Part shown: one piece after another, positions 9,602-19,701 of the stretch
Position numbering within the stretch: the first letter of the stretch is position 1
Layout: each line of letters opens with the position of its first letter
DNA from: Escherichia phage vB_EcoM-UFV09
Direction: 5' to 3' (one strand)
Sequence record: MZ291552.2
Length of the DNA stretch: 64,000 nt
Translations under genes and position numbers: made by a program
Notes under the pieces: generated by a model
The model's database searches: none
Told to the model about the DNA's origin: nothing
What the model saw: only the letters and a program-made list of their open reading frames with translations

Positions 9602-11415
9602 TGGTGTTTAACCCTATGCATGATTTCTTTATTTTTGCCGAGATTAAATCCGCGTTCGTTCGGATTTCCCAAATAACCACATGTTCTTCTTATTGTGTTC
9701 ATCTTTTTAGGATCAGTTTCTCCACAAATAGAACAAACAAATCCGTTTTCAGTAGGAGTCATTTCATGGGTACTTCCACATGTAAAACATTTATCTACTG
9801 GCATATTAACACCAAAATAATCTAAATGTTGTGCAGCATAATCCCATACGGCCTCAAGACCCTTTAAGTTATTTTTCATATCAGGAAGTTCAACATAAGA
9901 AATGTGGCCGCCTGTCGCAATGAAATGATATGGTGCTTCGCGAGAAATCTTTTCAAACGGAGTAATATTTTCTTCTACTGAAACATGGAAACTGTTAGTG
10001 TACCAACCTTTATCGGTAACATCCTTTACACTTCCATATTTTTCGGTATCAAGTTTACAGAAGCGATAACAAAGGTTTTCAGCAGGAGTAGAATACAAAC
10101 TAAAAGCAAACCCAGTTCTTTCAGTCCACTGTTTAAGACGAGCATTCATTTTAGTTAAAATTTCCTGTCCAATATCACGACCGACAAGAATATTCAATTC
10201 GTGAATACCAATGTATCCTAGAGACACTGAACTTCTGCCATTTTTAAATAACTCAATTATATCGTCATCAGGTTTAAGACGAACCCCGAATGCACCTTCT
10301 TGATAAAGAATAGGAGCAACAGTCGCTTTAACTCCTTTTAAGGAACTAATTCTACACATCAAAGCTTCAAAACATAAATCCATTCGTTCATTGAATAATT
10401 CAACAAATTTCTGTTCATTGAACTGTGTTCCAATATAAGAATCTAATGCGATACGAGGAAGATTCAGTGTTACAACACCGAGATTATTACGTCCATCAAG
10501 AATTTCATTGCCAGTCGAATCTTTCCATACGCTCAAGAAACTACGACAACCCATTGGAGAAACAGGAATAGATGAGCCGGTGATAGCTTTATTGTTCTTA
10601 GCCGAAATAATATCAGGATACATTCTTTTGCTTGCGCACTCTAGAGCAAGCTGTTTAATATCATAGTTCGGATCGTCTTTATAAAGATTAACACCTTCTT
10701 CAACGAACATAACAAGCTTAGGGAAAATAGGAGTTATCCCATCACGACCAAGACCTTTAATACGATTTTTCAGAATTGCTTTCTGAATCATTCGTTCAGT
10801 CCAGTCAGTTCCTGTACCAAATGTAATTGTTACAAAAGGTGTTTGTCCGTTTGAGCTAAAGAGAGTATTTACTTCATATTCATAAGCTTGGAATGCATCG
10901 TATACATCTTTTTCTGTTTTAGATTGAGCATAATTCAACGCATCAGCGATTTGCCATTTTTCTGCATCCTCAATATGTTTTGCATAGGTGCGTTTAACAT
11001 AAGGAGAAAGTACTTTATCTACATTAGCAAAAGTCGTTCCGCCGTATTGATGGGAAGCAACCTGTGCAGTAATTTGTGCCATAATTGCAGTAGCAACACC
11101 GATTGATTTAGGAGTTTCAATCTGTGCATTACCAAGCTTAAATCCGTTCTCAAGCATTCCTTTTAAATCTACTAAACAACAATTAGTAAATGGAAGAGCA
11201 GGGGAATAATCAATATCGTGGAAATGAATAATTCCGCTTTCATGCGCTTTCATAATAAAAGACGGGACCATATTTTTGGCAATGTGTTTAGACACAATAC
11301 CAGCCATAAGGTCCCGTTGAGTTGGAAAAACACGAGAATCTTTATTAGCATTCTCGTTTAAAAGGTCTTTATTAGTTTTATGAATCAATCCTTCAATTTC
11401 TTTTTCAATTGTCAT
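9598..11415 (-). CDS. nrdD: Anaerobic ribonucleoside-triphosphate reductase (glycyl radical enzyme); uninterrupted, no intron
   Basis: 605 aa; C-terminal glycyl-radical motif RRTCGYLG and Cys cluster CFTCGS...CSICG. Confidence 0.95.
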   Translation of the reverse strand: MTIEKEIEGLIHKTNKDLLNENANKDSRVFPTQRDLMAGIVSKHIAKNMVPSFIMKAHESGIIHFHDIDYSPALPFTNCCLVDLKGMLENGFKLGNAQIETPKSIGVATAIMAQITAQVASHQYGGTTFANVDKVLSPYVKRTYAKHIEDAEKWQIADALNYAQSKTEKDVYDAFQAYEYEVNTLFSSNGQTPFVTITFGTGTDWTERMIQKAILKNRIKGLGRDGITPIFPKLVMFVEEGVNLYKDDPNYDIKQLALECASKRMYPDIISAKNNKAITGSSIPVSPMGCRSFLSVWKDSTGNEILDGRNNLGVVTLNLPRIALDSYIGTQFNEQKFVELFNERMDLCFEALMCRISSLKGVKATVAPILYQEGAFGVRLKPDDDIIELFKNGRSSVSLGYIGIHELNILVGRDIGQEILTKMNARLKQWTERTGFAFSLYSTPAENLCYRFCKLDTEKYGSVKDVTDKGWYTNSFHVSVEENITPFEKISREAPYHFIATGGHISYVELPDMKNNLKGLEAVWDYAAQHLDYFGVNMPVDKCFTCGSTHEMTPTENGFVCSICGETDPKKMNTIRRTCGYLGNPNERGFNLGKNKEIMHRVKHQ

Positions 11416-11885
11416 TTTAAACTCTTTCTAAGCTGCTTCTTAAATGAAGCTATTAATTGTGTTTTAGTGTCAGATTCATTATATTCAAATCCTCTTTGAA
11501 GCATCTCGGCCATCATTTCCTCTTTTCCCAAACGAGAAAATTCCTTTGATTTATCTCCAACAAAGTTAGGGTGAATATTATTTTGGGTGTAATCGGATTT
11601 TAAATAAGTAAGTAAATTTTCTAACCATTCAAGATAATCAACACCTTGTCCCTTTAAGCCAGAACGATTAAATTTATGCTTCATTTGACCTTCTGCGGCA
11701 TTACAGAGATTACAAAGCAATCCACGCACCTTTCCTGCTTTCGGTCCATTTAATTCATGGTCATGGTCGAGGTGATTAGCTTGAACATCAGGATTTAGTT
11801 CTCGTTGGCAAATTAAACATTTACCATTTTGTGCATCATAAAATTTCTGTTTTTCTTCTTTGTATAATTTGCCAGTCAATAACAT
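11412..11885 (-). CDS. 49: Endonuclease VII (Holliday junction resolvase)
   Basis: 157 aa; matches T4 gp49 as recalled; Zn-binding CLICQ...CNLCN. Confidence 0.9.
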   Translation of the reverse strand: MLLTGKLYKEEKQKFYDAQNGKCLICQRELNPDVQANHLDHDHELNGPKAGKVRGLLCNLCNAAEGQMKHKFNRSGLKGQGVDYLEWLENLLTYLKSDYTQNNIHPNFVGDKSKEFSRLGKEEMMAEMLQRGFEYNESDTKTQLIASFKKQLRKSLK

Positions 11886-11890
11886 AATAA

Positions 11891-11915
11891 ACCCTTACCT
11901 TAAATAGATAAGGGT
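11891..11915 (-). promoter_or_regulatory. 5' UTR hairpin of gene 49 that sequesters the ribosome-binding site
   Basis: acccttacc-ttaaataga-taagggt stem-loop immediately upstream of the gene 49 ATG. Confidence 0.5.
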
Positions 11916-12102
11916 ATTTATTATTTTCAAGTATTGTAAAAGGCTCGATGCAATCGCTTATACTGCCGAATCATCTTTTTAGTAGGACGAGAATAAGTTC
12001 CTACACAAGTGGTCATATTAGGGTCGGTAGGACTTCCTTTAATAAAAAGTTTCCAAACCTTACCACCATTTAACTTTTCAGTATAAATCAATTCAGTTTT
12101 CA

Positions 12103-12567
12103 TTAAAACGCTCGGTCAGAAAAAGATTTTTGGGTTTCAAGCCATTCAATATATTCTGCCGCAGCTTGCATCAAATTTCCTTCATAGCCATCGTTATTTT
12201 CTTGTGCAGCTAATTTAGCCAATGCGTATGAAATACGTTCACCTTGAAAATCAGCTTTAGGCTTCTGGACAACTTGATTAGTTCGCTCTACAACTTCTTC
12301 AATTTCGCCATTTTCGACTGATTCAGTATTCCACAAGCACCAATACGTAATTGGCTTATCGTAGATGTTAATAATCTTTCCATCAGAAAGTTCAATTTCA
12401 ATAATTCCAGTGTCAGGCTCTATATCATCTTCACATTCTTTTGCAAGTTCACGAACTTTAAAGACAGTACCTGCACTAAGTTCCGGCCAGTAATTACATA
12501 GCCCTGTATCAGCACGATTAATTCTAAACCACTTATCTACTGTAATCATGTCCCATCTCCATATCAA
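12103..12567 (-). CDS. Hypothetical acidic protein, 154 aa (position of T4 pin protease inhibitor; identity not confirmed)
   Basis: ORF; synteny only. Confidence 0.5.
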   Translation of the reverse strand: MIWRWDMITVDKWFRINRADTGLCNYWPELSAGTVFKVRELAKECEDDIEPDTGIIEIELSDGKIINIYDKPITYWCLWNTESVENGEIEEVVERTNQVVQKPKADFQGERISYALAKLAAQENNDGYEGNLMQAAAEYIEWLETQKSFSDRAF

Positions 12568-12672
12568 TTAAGTCATTTATCGTTGGTTCATTATATACTG
12601 TTTCTTCATCAGTGTAAACCGGTTCTTCCGGCTCTGGCTCTACAGTTTCCCATCTAGCCGCCCACCAAGGTT

Positions 12673-12993
12673 TTATAGCGTAATCCATTCTCGTACTATC
12701 TGAGTTACTACACGTTCACGGGGCTCGACTAGTTCAACAGTCGGAACTGCATAATACCAGTCAGAATGATAGGAACCTGACCGAGATTCATTTACAGCCA
12801 CATGTACATTATGTTTTGGACTAAAGTAAACACACTGACGATATTGGCATTTACCATCTTGCACCCAGTCTTCTATTTCGATAGGTTTAAGATAATCGGA
12901 AAAATCGAAATCATAGTTTTCCGAAAATGCATCATGGTCTTCAATGATTTCGCTCAGAACTGCATCAACATCTAATTTATTTTCAATAGTCAT
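12673..12993 (-). CDS. Hypothetical protein, 106 aa
   Basis: ORF. Confidence 0.5.
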   Translation of the reverse strand: MTIENKLDVDAVLSEIIEDHDAFSENYDFDFSDYLKPIEIEDWVQDGKCQYRQCVYFSPKHNVHVAVNESRSGSYHSDWYYAVPTVELVEPRERVVTQIVREWITL

Positions 12994-13003
12994 TTTTCAC
13001 CAA

Positions 13004-13174
13004 TTAATTTCGCAATTTATTAAGTTCTTCATCATCAATCCAGGATTCTAATCCTGATGGCAGGGCACATTCAATTTCCCAAAGAAGTTCTTCAATTTTC
13101 TGAAGACGATCTAGTTCTTCGGCTGGAATAGTAACCATTGACGGAGCTCGTGATACATTAATATCGTAAATCAT
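13004..13174 (-). CDS. Small ORF, 56 aa (MIYDINVSRAPSMVTIPAEEL...), not in the ORF track
   Basis: ATG directly after the upstream stop (TAA-AT-ATG); fills an otherwise empty gap. Confidence 0.35.
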   Translation of the reverse strand: MIYDINVSRAPSMVTIPAEELDRLQKIEELLWEIECALPSGLESWIDDEELNKLRN

Positions 13175-13176
13175 AT

Positions 13177-13392
13177 TTACCCCAATTTAACCATACAATC
13201 GCCGTATTTCCACTTAGAAATAGACTTTTCACCATTAGAATAATAAACTTCGAGTTTAGCACGATTATTTTTAATTTGAATAACCTTTGCTGTCATCAAA
13301 GTTCCATACCCATAATAAACTGCAACTTCATCACCTACATATACCGCGCTTCCGCGGTAATCATGGATATAATCAGTTCCTTCGAGAATCAT
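13177..13392 (-). CDS. Hypothetical protein, 71 aa
   Basis: ORF; start overlaps nrdC stop. Confidence 0.5.
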   Translation of the reverse strand: MILEGTDYIHDYRGSAVYVGDEVAVYYGYGTLMTAKVIQIKNNRAKLEVYYSNGEKSISKWKYGDCMVKLG

Positions 13393-13652
13393 TTAAAGTA
13401 TTCTCGCAGTTGGTCAAATCCACCAATATGACTTCCATCAGGAGCAAATACCTGAGGCATTGTCAAGCCGATTTGAGTATCACGACTTAGTTTAGTCAGA
13501 AGCTCAGCGATTTTCTCATCATCAAAAACACCTTTTTCCGGCATAATGTTGATAAATTCAAACGGCTGTTTCTTCACGGTCAAAAGACGTTTTGCATTAT
13601 CACAATACACACATTTATGGATGTTGCTATCATAACCATATAATTTAAACAT
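13389..13652 (-). CDS. nrdC: Phage thioredoxin/glutaredoxin
   Basis: 87 aa; active site CVYC; matches T4 NrdC as recalled. Confidence 0.93.
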   Translation of the reverse strand: MFKLYGYDSNIHKCVYCDNAKRLLTVKKQPFEFINIMPEKGVFDDEKIAELLTKLSRDTQIGLTMPQVFAPDGSHIGGFDQLREYFK

Positions 13653-13653
13653 A

Positions 13654-13896
13654 TTATTCCTTAATTCCTAGTACTTGTTTAAAAGTCTCGTCGTAATCAA
13701 GACTTTGGCCCGTTTGTTCTTTATGTTTGTATATAATATCACTTACTTCTGATAGCATATTTTTATATGAACGAGTTAAAGCAGATTTAAGCACGCTGTA
13801 TCTATCAGGAAATTTACCGTGTTCATTATAATAAGCTATTGCTAATTCACGGACTGCCTTTTCAGCAGCCTCCATATATTCTTTACGCTTGGTCAT
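13654..13896 (-). CDS. Hypothetical protein, about 80 aa (nrdC.1 position)
   Basis: Start trimmed to the ATG abutting the upstream stop (TAAA-ATG). Confidence 0.45.
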   Translation of the reverse strand: MTKRKEYMEAAEKAVRELAIAYYNEHGKFPDRYSVLKSALTRSYKNMLSEVSDIIYKHKEQTGQSLDYDETFKQVLGIKE

Positions 13897-13897
13897 T

Positions 13898-14287
13898 TTA
13901 ATCCAAAATATTATTAGGCATTGGTTGAACACTCACAAGTTCTTTAAAGAACTCAGTAGAGTCAGGCAATTTAACCATTTCCGGAGCATGCTTACTGAAT
14001 TTATGTTTACATTGACGGCATTTATATTCAAGCTCTGGTTTACGCCAGTTAATCAATTGAACTTGTTCAGTACCGCATTCAGGGCAATTAGGAACGTTTT
14101 TAGAAGCTCTTTCACGTCGTTCAACCATAGCCATAATAGCATCCCATGCTGGAGGTTTAAAATCTAAATCGTCGCAGCCGTGAATCTTTCCACGCATTTC
14201 CATATCATCTTCCTCACCAGCCATAATAATTTTAATTAGACTAGAATTACTTGAAGCTGCAATGTCTTCTAATAAACGCTTTTTCAT
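13898..14287 (-). CDS. Hypothetical protein with C4 zinc ribbon, 129 aa
   Basis: CPECG...CRQCK motif. Confidence 0.5.
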   Translation of the reverse strand: MKKRLLEDIAASSNSSLIKIIMAGEEDDMEMRGKIHGCDDLDFKPPAWDAIMAMVERRERASKNVPNCPECGTEQVQLINWRKPELEYKCRQCKHKFSKHAPEMVKLPDSTEFFKELVSVQPMPNNILD

Positions 14288-15210
14288 TTCAATACCTCAA
14301 TAGCATTACGTAAACCATTTGCTTTTGCGTTAAGAGATTTTAACAATTTGGTGTGTTCTGCAATTTGGGCTTCAACTTCAATCAAACGGGCATTGAGATA
14401 TTCGCGTTCTTCTTTCATAGTATCATTCCCATGATTGGGTTTTGGTGCAGATTTAAATTCACTAGGGTCCTTTAACTTAATAACAAATTTAGTTTCAAAC
14501 AGTGAAAGACCATAATTCGTATTATCATCAAAGGATTTAACTACATCCATATTAGATAATAACTCATGCAAATTATAAGACAAAGAACTAATAGTTTCAT
14601 TGTGTTTATTAGCTTCGCGTGGTTTCATATACGGAAGATTTTTATATATCTCATGCGGAGCACAAATGATAATTGACAATTCAAATTGTCCATTCTGGGA
14701 CGATGGAGTGAATTTAGCCGTAACCCAGTCTTTTACATTCACATTAATAGTACGGTTATCACCATGACAAAACAATCTACGAGAATGCTTAAAAAGCATA
14801 TTCACGTTATTATTGAATTCGTGTGAAAATTCACTGGCAAATTTTTCTTTACTATCTTTAGAAAACCATTCTTCTAAATAAGTTCTTTTCACGTCGTTAA
14901 TAATATTAAATGTAACAACATTAGCATTTGATACATTAGTCTCAATGTAGCTTGGATACATAAATTTTTTAACATTATTAACAGCTATCACAGAAGATAG
15001 TAATCGGGAACGTTTGAACCACTCGAGCAAAGAACCAAGAGAATGTGAATACGCGTTTTGCGTATCTTTACAAATATGGTTTTCCCATCCAATATAGTCT
15101 AAAAAATCACGAAGAATATTATTGATTACTGCTCTGTGTCCTATCTGATAATTACGATGTTTAGTAATAAGACTGTCAAAATAATCAATATAATGTTTAC
15201 GAGTTTTCAT
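14284..15210 (-). CDS. Paralog-family protein 1 (308 aa) with C-terminal coiled-coil tail
   Basis: Shares a SRLLS-type motif and heptad-rich C-terminus with the next three ORFs. Confidence 0.55.
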   Translation of the reverse strand: MKTRKHYIDYFDSLITKHRNYQIGHRAVINNILRDFLDYIGWENHICKDTQNAYSHSLGSLLEWFKRSRLLSSVIAVNNVKKFMYPSYIETNVSNANVVTFNIINDVKRTYLEEWFSKDSKEKFASEFSHEFNNNVNMLFKHSRRLFCHGDNRTINVNVKDWVTAKFTPSSQNGQFELSIIICAPHEIYKNLPYMKPREANKHNETISSLSYNLHELLSNMDVVKSFDDNTNYGLSLFETKFVIKLKDPSEFKSAPKPNHGNDTMKEEREYLNARLIEVEAQIAEHTKLLKSLNAKANGLRNAIEVLK

Positions 15211-15264
15211 GTTCTTCTCACTTGGTTAATGATTTATACTCCGAGCCATCCTTGGCTTTAAATT

Positions 15265-16266
15265 TTACTTAATTAACTGTAAAGCTTGTTCAAGACGATC
15301 AAGACGATTAACGGATTCTTCCCAAATCTTTTTAGCCTTCTCATATTCTTTCTGTGCTTTATTAGAAATTTCTAGAGCTCCTTTATAAGCTTTTTCTAAT
15401 GCAATAATTTCTGGACGAATTTCTACCGGTTCAGGCGAATCATCAAGATTATCCATTAGTTCCTCAAGGGTAGTTTCTTCTTTAGGGGTATTCACAATTT
15501 CTTCGCATTTTTGTTGGTAAATTTCTTTATCAGTCGGTGAATACGCACATTTCACTTCACGAAGACTAACTACAATTTTGTATCCTTCCCAACCACACAT
15601 ATTCTTAAAAGGATATGTATGAATATTTTCTACTGTTTCCATACAAAGTAATGCAGTCTCTAACTGACGAGTTATAGTGCTAGCAATTGAGAAAAATTTA
15701 TTAATATTCTTTTGGTTAGCGTTTGGTGTAAAAAATCCATAATTCACAAAAATAGCTACTTTATTTTCGTCAAGCTCATATTCTTTTACGATAATCATAT
15801 CAGAAGCCAAAGGATGAATTTGACGATAATCGCCATAACATAATTTAGAAGCTGATTTTAGAATTTGTCCTTTGAAAAGTCTGAAATTACTAATCCAACG
15901 ACGAGTAAAAATATTCTCAGGGTCTTCTTTATTATTAAGATGATAAGAATTAACATCACCGAACCAATTGTATCCTACTACATTTTTAGTTCGTTTAATT
16001 TCTTTCCCAAATTTACCAAGAATATCTCTGTTAACTAAATATGAAAGAAGACGAGACCCTTTAAAGGTTTCCTTAATATCATCTTTATCTGCACGACTAG
16101 AAATTTTATGAACTTCATGAATAAATTTGCTGGAAGAAACAATGCTTGCATCAGTATTATTGAGCCATTGATTGATAATAGAAATAACACTATTCTGACT
16201 AGACATAGGTTTAACTTTATCATCAATAACGCTATTGAATGATTTGATATATTCGTTGCGAGTCAT
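15265..16266 (-). CDS. Paralog-family protein 2 (about 333 aa) with C-terminal coiled coil
   Basis: Start set at the ATG with GAGGAG Shine-Dalgarno (MTRNEYIKSF...); early promoter just upstream. Confidence 0.55.
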   Translation of the reverse strand: MTRNEYIKSFNSVIDDKVKPMSSQNSVISIINQWLNNTDASIVSSSKFIHEVHKISSRADKDDIKETFKGSRLLSYLVNRDILGKFGKEIKRTKNVVGYNWFGDVNSYHLNNKEDPENIFTRRWISNFRLFKGQILKSASKLCYGDYRQIHPLASDMIIVKEYELDENKVAIFVNYGFFTPNANQKNINKFFSIASTITRQLETALLCMETVENIHTYPFKNMCGWEGYKIVVSLREVKCAYSPTDKEIYQQKCEEIVNTPKEETTLEELMDNLDDSPEPVEIRPEIIALEKAYKGALEISNKAQKEYEKAKKIWEESVNRLDRLEQALQLIK

Positions 16267-16294
16267 ATTAATCTCCTCAGTAGAAAGTAAGAAC

Positions 16295-16324
16295 ATTATA
16301 CCACATCCTTGTGGCGAAGTAAAC
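16295..16324 (-). promoter_or_regulatory. Early promoter: GTTTAC -35, TGG-TATAAT extended -10
   Basis: Minus-strand reading gtttacttcgccacaaggatgtggtataat. Confidence 0.55.
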
Positions 16325-17343
16325 TAGTTTAGTGCATTTAGTGCATTGTTCAATTTAGAACGTTGCTTTGTCAGATTTTGAACCCTTGACTGAGCTTGTT
16401 CTAACACCTTTTCAGCTTCTAGCACTTCATTGGTCGCTTTAATGAGTTCAGCATCTACTGCCTTAAGAGACTTCTCAATCGCGTCAGCGTGCCATTTTTC
16501 TACAGGTTTAAAATTTGAATTTTCAGTAGGAAGAAAATTCACTTTATTAAATTTCCATGCATCTTTATTACCTGAGCTATACATCCAAAATTTAGGATCG
16601 TTTGATGAGCAATTAGATAAATTTAAGTTATCTTGTACTTCCTGCTTTTTCTCTTGCGGGACTTCATCCTTTCTCAAAAAATCGTATTTAAATGAAACGA
16701 TCATATCAAGTTCATACGTTGTTGTATGTTCCCAATTTCGCTCAAAATGAGGTAAAATCTTAGACTGAACAGCGGCAACAACATCCATATACTTAAATGC
16801 TTCTGTCAACTGTGATTTAAGGCATTCACAAATTGAAAGAGAATTTTTTGTATTAGGCTTAAAGCTAATTCGTGCAGTTCTATTATTTTCTTTTAACGGT
16901 CTTACTTCCATCTGAAGAGTATAACCATCAAATTTCAGGTTCTTTAAGTTAATGTCAGAACCTTTTAATCGACTAGCAGTAGACAAAATTTGCTTTAATT
17001 GTTTACGGAATAAAGCAATAAATCTCCATTCAAGACGATAATGATTTGGATTAAAAAATCCTGTTGATAAATCAACCTTACTCTGACCAACGCCTTGAAC
17101 AAATAGAGGATTTTTATAATCAATAGTTTTACAGAAATCGGTGAGCTGCTCACGAGCAGTCATTTGTGTAATATATCCCGCTTTACTAAAATGACGTAAC
17201 CATTCACTGCTATTCATATACTTAAAGTGAATGGAACTATTAACTCTATCAGGGTCTAAATTATTTTGGCACAAAAATGTCATAACATTACGGGTATAGC
17301 TAGCATTACGAACCATATCTTCAATTTGAGAACGAGTTTTCAT
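16324..17343 (-). CDS. Paralog-family protein 3 (339 aa) with C-terminal coiled coil
   Basis: ORF; C-terminal heptad-rich helix. Confidence 0.55.
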   Translation of the reverse strand: MKTRSQIEDMVRNASYTRNVMTFLCQNNLDPDRVNSSIHFKYMNSSEWLRHFSKAGYITQMTAREQLTDFCKTIDYKNPLFVQGVGQSKVDLSTGFFNPNHYRLEWRFIALFRKQLKQILSTASRLKGSDINLKNLKFDGYTLQMEVRPLKENNRTARISFKPNTKNSLSICECLKSQLTEAFKYMDVVAAVQSKILPHFERNWEHTTTYELDMIVSFKYDFLRKDEVPQEKKQEVQDNLNLSNCSSNDPKFWMYSSGNKDAWKFNKVNFLPTENSNFKPVEKWHADAIEKSLKAVDAELIKATNEVLEAEKVLEQAQSRVQNLTKQRSKLNNALNALN

Positions 17344-17351
17344 AGTGTTCC

Positions 17352-18260
17352 TTAAGATTTAAGTAAATCAACAATTTTAATTAATTTTTCACGCTCAGAT
17401 TTAGCTTTACTACTCAATCCAGATAGTCTGAAAATTTCATCGTCATACTGTTGAATAGAAATATTTAGCTCTTCAATTTGCTTATTAAAATAATCAATTT
17501 GCTCAGAATGTTTTTCATTACTGCGAACTGGTATAGGGTTTGTAGGCAATTTAGTTGAACTAGATTCATCCGGGCGATAAATTAAAATACAACTTGAACC
17601 AATTGGACATTTTGCACCAGATGAATATTCTAATGTTCCGGCTTCTTTTAAAACTTCAAAAGCTAAACAGAGATGATGCCCCATATTAACATAATCTGTA
17701 GAGCGAGCTCTGATGTAATAATCATCTCCGCGAATACTAAATTTAAAGCATTTAAGGTCTTCTGTATTATTGGTCTTAAAAATCATTTGTTTATCTAGAC
17801 CTTTAGCTAATCGAGCGCCTAATGCTAATAATCGTCGTTGATTTTCCCACAAATCTGCGATCATTTGGTCAAATGATAATTTCGGCATTAGTCGACCATA
17901 AAGGTCATATCCTTTATTATAATTACGAAGGATTTCACTCGCGTTAATACGAGACAATGCTCCAATTTTATTAAGGGCTTTCATAATGCGATTAGATAAA
18001 CCCATTCCAGACCCGTTTGTTCGCTGCAAATGTTTTTCTAATCCAAATCCAATATCAACTTTAAACTTATCTAAAATTTCTGCATGAACATCTCTGTCAA
18101 TAACATTCAAATCCAAAGTTGGGTTAAATCTATGAAAAAATTTATCTGGCTCTCCACGACGAAGTACAGTCCATTCATTCATTTTTTTATTAACTAAAGA
18201 TTTAATTACTGTATTGACATTATTAATTACTACTGACATATTTTCCTCACTCAATTTCAA
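17352..18260 (-). CDS. Paralog-family protein 4 (302 aa) with C-terminal coiled coil
   Basis: ORF; C-terminal heptad-rich helix. Confidence 0.55.
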   Translation of the reverse strand: MKLSEENMSVVINNVNTVIKSLVNKKMNEWTVLRRGEPDKFFHRFNPTLDLNVIDRDVHAEILDKFKVDIGFGLEKHLQRTNGSGMGLSNRIMKALNKIGALSRINASEILRNYNKGYDLYGRLMPKLSFDQMIADLWENQRRLLALGARLAKGLDKQMIFKTNNTEDLKCFKFSIRGDDYYIRARSTDYVNMGHHLCLAFEVLKEAGTLEYSSGAKCPIGSSCILIYRPDESSSTKLPTNPIPVRSNEKHSEQIDYFNKQIEELNISIQQYDDEIFRLSGLSSKAKSEREKLIKIVDLLKS

Positions 18261-18654
18261 TTTTACTAAATATACAGAATATGATGGAAAAGACTATATA
18301 AGCACCACAAACAGATTGAACTAATACCATTCCAAAGAACCAAACAATATTATCAAACCATGTCTGTTTTACGTCGAAAGGACGTAAACTTACAGTAATA
18401 TTATCACCTTTTTCTATTGAAGAATACATCTCTGGGGAAATATATTCACTAAATCTATAACCGTCTTTGAGTTCATATACAGCAATAAACGATAAACTAG
18501 ACCCCTTTCCTTGTGTTCCTGTAATAGTATTAACTACAGTAACATCATAATCTTTATAATGCATATAATCATTAATTGCGTAATAACCATATGCAACTAC
18601 TACACATAAACAACATATCAATAAATTCAATCTTTTAATTATCAACTGTTTCAT
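18247..18654 (-). CDS. Membrane protein, 135 aa (N- and C-terminal hydrophobic helices)
   Basis: Hydrophobic segments LICCLCVVVAYGYYAI and FFGMVLVQSVCGAYIVFSIIFCIF. Confidence 0.5.
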   Translation of the reverse strand: MKQLIIKRLNLLICCLCVVVAYGYYAINDYMHYKDYDVTVVNTITGTQGKGSSLSFIAVYELKDGYRFSEYISPEMYSSIEKGDNITVSLRPFDVKQTWFDNIVWFFGMVLVQSVCGAYIVFSIIFCIFSKIEIE

Positions 18655-18683
18655 AATAATCTCAATTAAAAGGGCTTAGAACC

Positions 18684-18708
18684 ATTATACCATCCTTGGT
18701 ATAAAGCG
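18684..18708 (-). promoter_or_regulatory. Candidate middle (MotA-box) promoter: GCTTTA box about 12 bp upstream of TATAAT
   Basis: Minus-strand reading cgctttataccaaggatggtataatgg. Confidence 0.3.
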
Positions 18709-18709
18709 G

Positions 18710-19237
18710 TTATGCGAGTACCGTCTTTAACCGTTCTTCAAACTTCCGAAGAGTATTCTGGCGTTCAGCTCTTTGCTTTTTGTAAGTTTCAATACGCTCT
18801 GAAATGAGAGTGTATCGTTCATTTACTGATTCTTTCATAAAATCAGGAATTTCACGAGAAGCTTTAATCTCGTCAAATTTATCAATAACAGCTTGCTCTT
18901 CAGCAATTAAGTTATCATACATCAAAATATCTTTCTTGATGAACTCAATATCTTCTTGAGTTACACGAGATAATTTAAATGCTTTATCCTTTTTGTACTG
19001 TTCGTTAGTATCACGAGACCAGTGTAATGTACGATTTTTATTCGTATTCTTATAAATTTCTACAATACCAATATCATCAATAATAACGATCCAATTCCAA
19101 CGGGATTTGTAAATTTGTCCTCCATCAACTGTGATTTCACCTCCGATTGAGATGTCATTAAAGAACTTGCTTTGTGCTTCTGATTTAAATTTACCATCGT
19201 TGTAATTTACCAAGTTGAAAATATCTTTAGCGTTCAT
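18710..19237 (-). CDS. Hypothetical protein, about 175 aa
   Basis: Start trimmed to MNAKDIF with GGAGG Shine-Dalgarno; the ORF-track N-terminus is read-through of the promoter. Confidence 0.5.
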   Translation of the reverse strand: MNAKDIFNLVNYNDGKFKSEAQSKFFNDISIGGEITVDGGQIYKSRWNWIVIIDDIGIVEIYKNTNKNRTLHWSRDTNEQYKKDKAFKLSRVTQEDIEFIKKDILMYDNLIAEEQAVIDKFDEIKASREIPDFMKESVNERYTLISERIETYKKQRAERQNTLRKFEERLKTVLA

Positions 19238-19265
19238 TTTCTGTTCCTCCGTAGTTGATAGTTGT

Positions 19266-19295
19266 ATAGTACCACAGAGGAACAGTCTTGTAAAC
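19266..19295 (-). promoter_or_regulatory. Early promoter, copy 1 of a near-identical promoter cassette
   Basis: Minus-strand reading gtttaca..17..tggtactatacaactatcaac. Confidence 0.55.
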
Positions 19296-19297
19296 AA

Positions 19298-19612
19298 CTA
19301 AAAGAAACTTCTTTCACAATTTTTTCCACTGAACCACGCGCTCACTGCTTTCTTAGTCTCAGGAGCAGTGTTATCCATAAACCATTCAAAGGCAGCCTTT
19401 TTATGATTCTGGAGGGCTTCTCGGGCTTTAATCTGCTCACGGTCTATTAACACTAACATATGAGCCTTTCTTGTCACCATGGGCTTCTTATGATTTTTTG
19501 AATATTCCCAATCATTTGTCCATCGCATCGTTGTTGCGAATTGAAGTACAGCTTCTTTAATTTTAGTTTCGTAAATTTCACGAGCCTTTGAGTATAACAT
19601 TACTACCTCCAT
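19298..19612 (-). CDS. Hypothetical protein, 104 aa
   Basis: ORF. Confidence 0.5.
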   Translation of the reverse strand: MEVVMLYSKAREIYETKIKEAVLQFATTMRWTNDWEYSKNHKKPMVTRKAHMLVLIDREQIKAREALQNHKKAAFEWFMDNTAPETKKAVSAWFSGKNCERSFF

Positions 19613-19701
19613 TTACCAGTTTAATTCTAGTCATCTTTTTGATGGCAGTCCATATAATCTATTTCTGAACTGCCTTTTTATCTTAGAAGGCCTCTTATGA
19701 A

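Noticed and set aside
9598-11415. Possible group I intron / I-TevII insertion in nrdD
   Set aside because: The nrdD reading frame is continuous at 605 aa with no interrupting ORF or intron-like insert; no intron present.
11927-12103. 58-aa minus-strand ORF between pin-like gene and gene 49 (TAATG-coupled)
   Set aside because: Overlaps the gene 49 regulatory hairpin/5' UTR region; could be real but evidence is weaker than for the other small ORFs.
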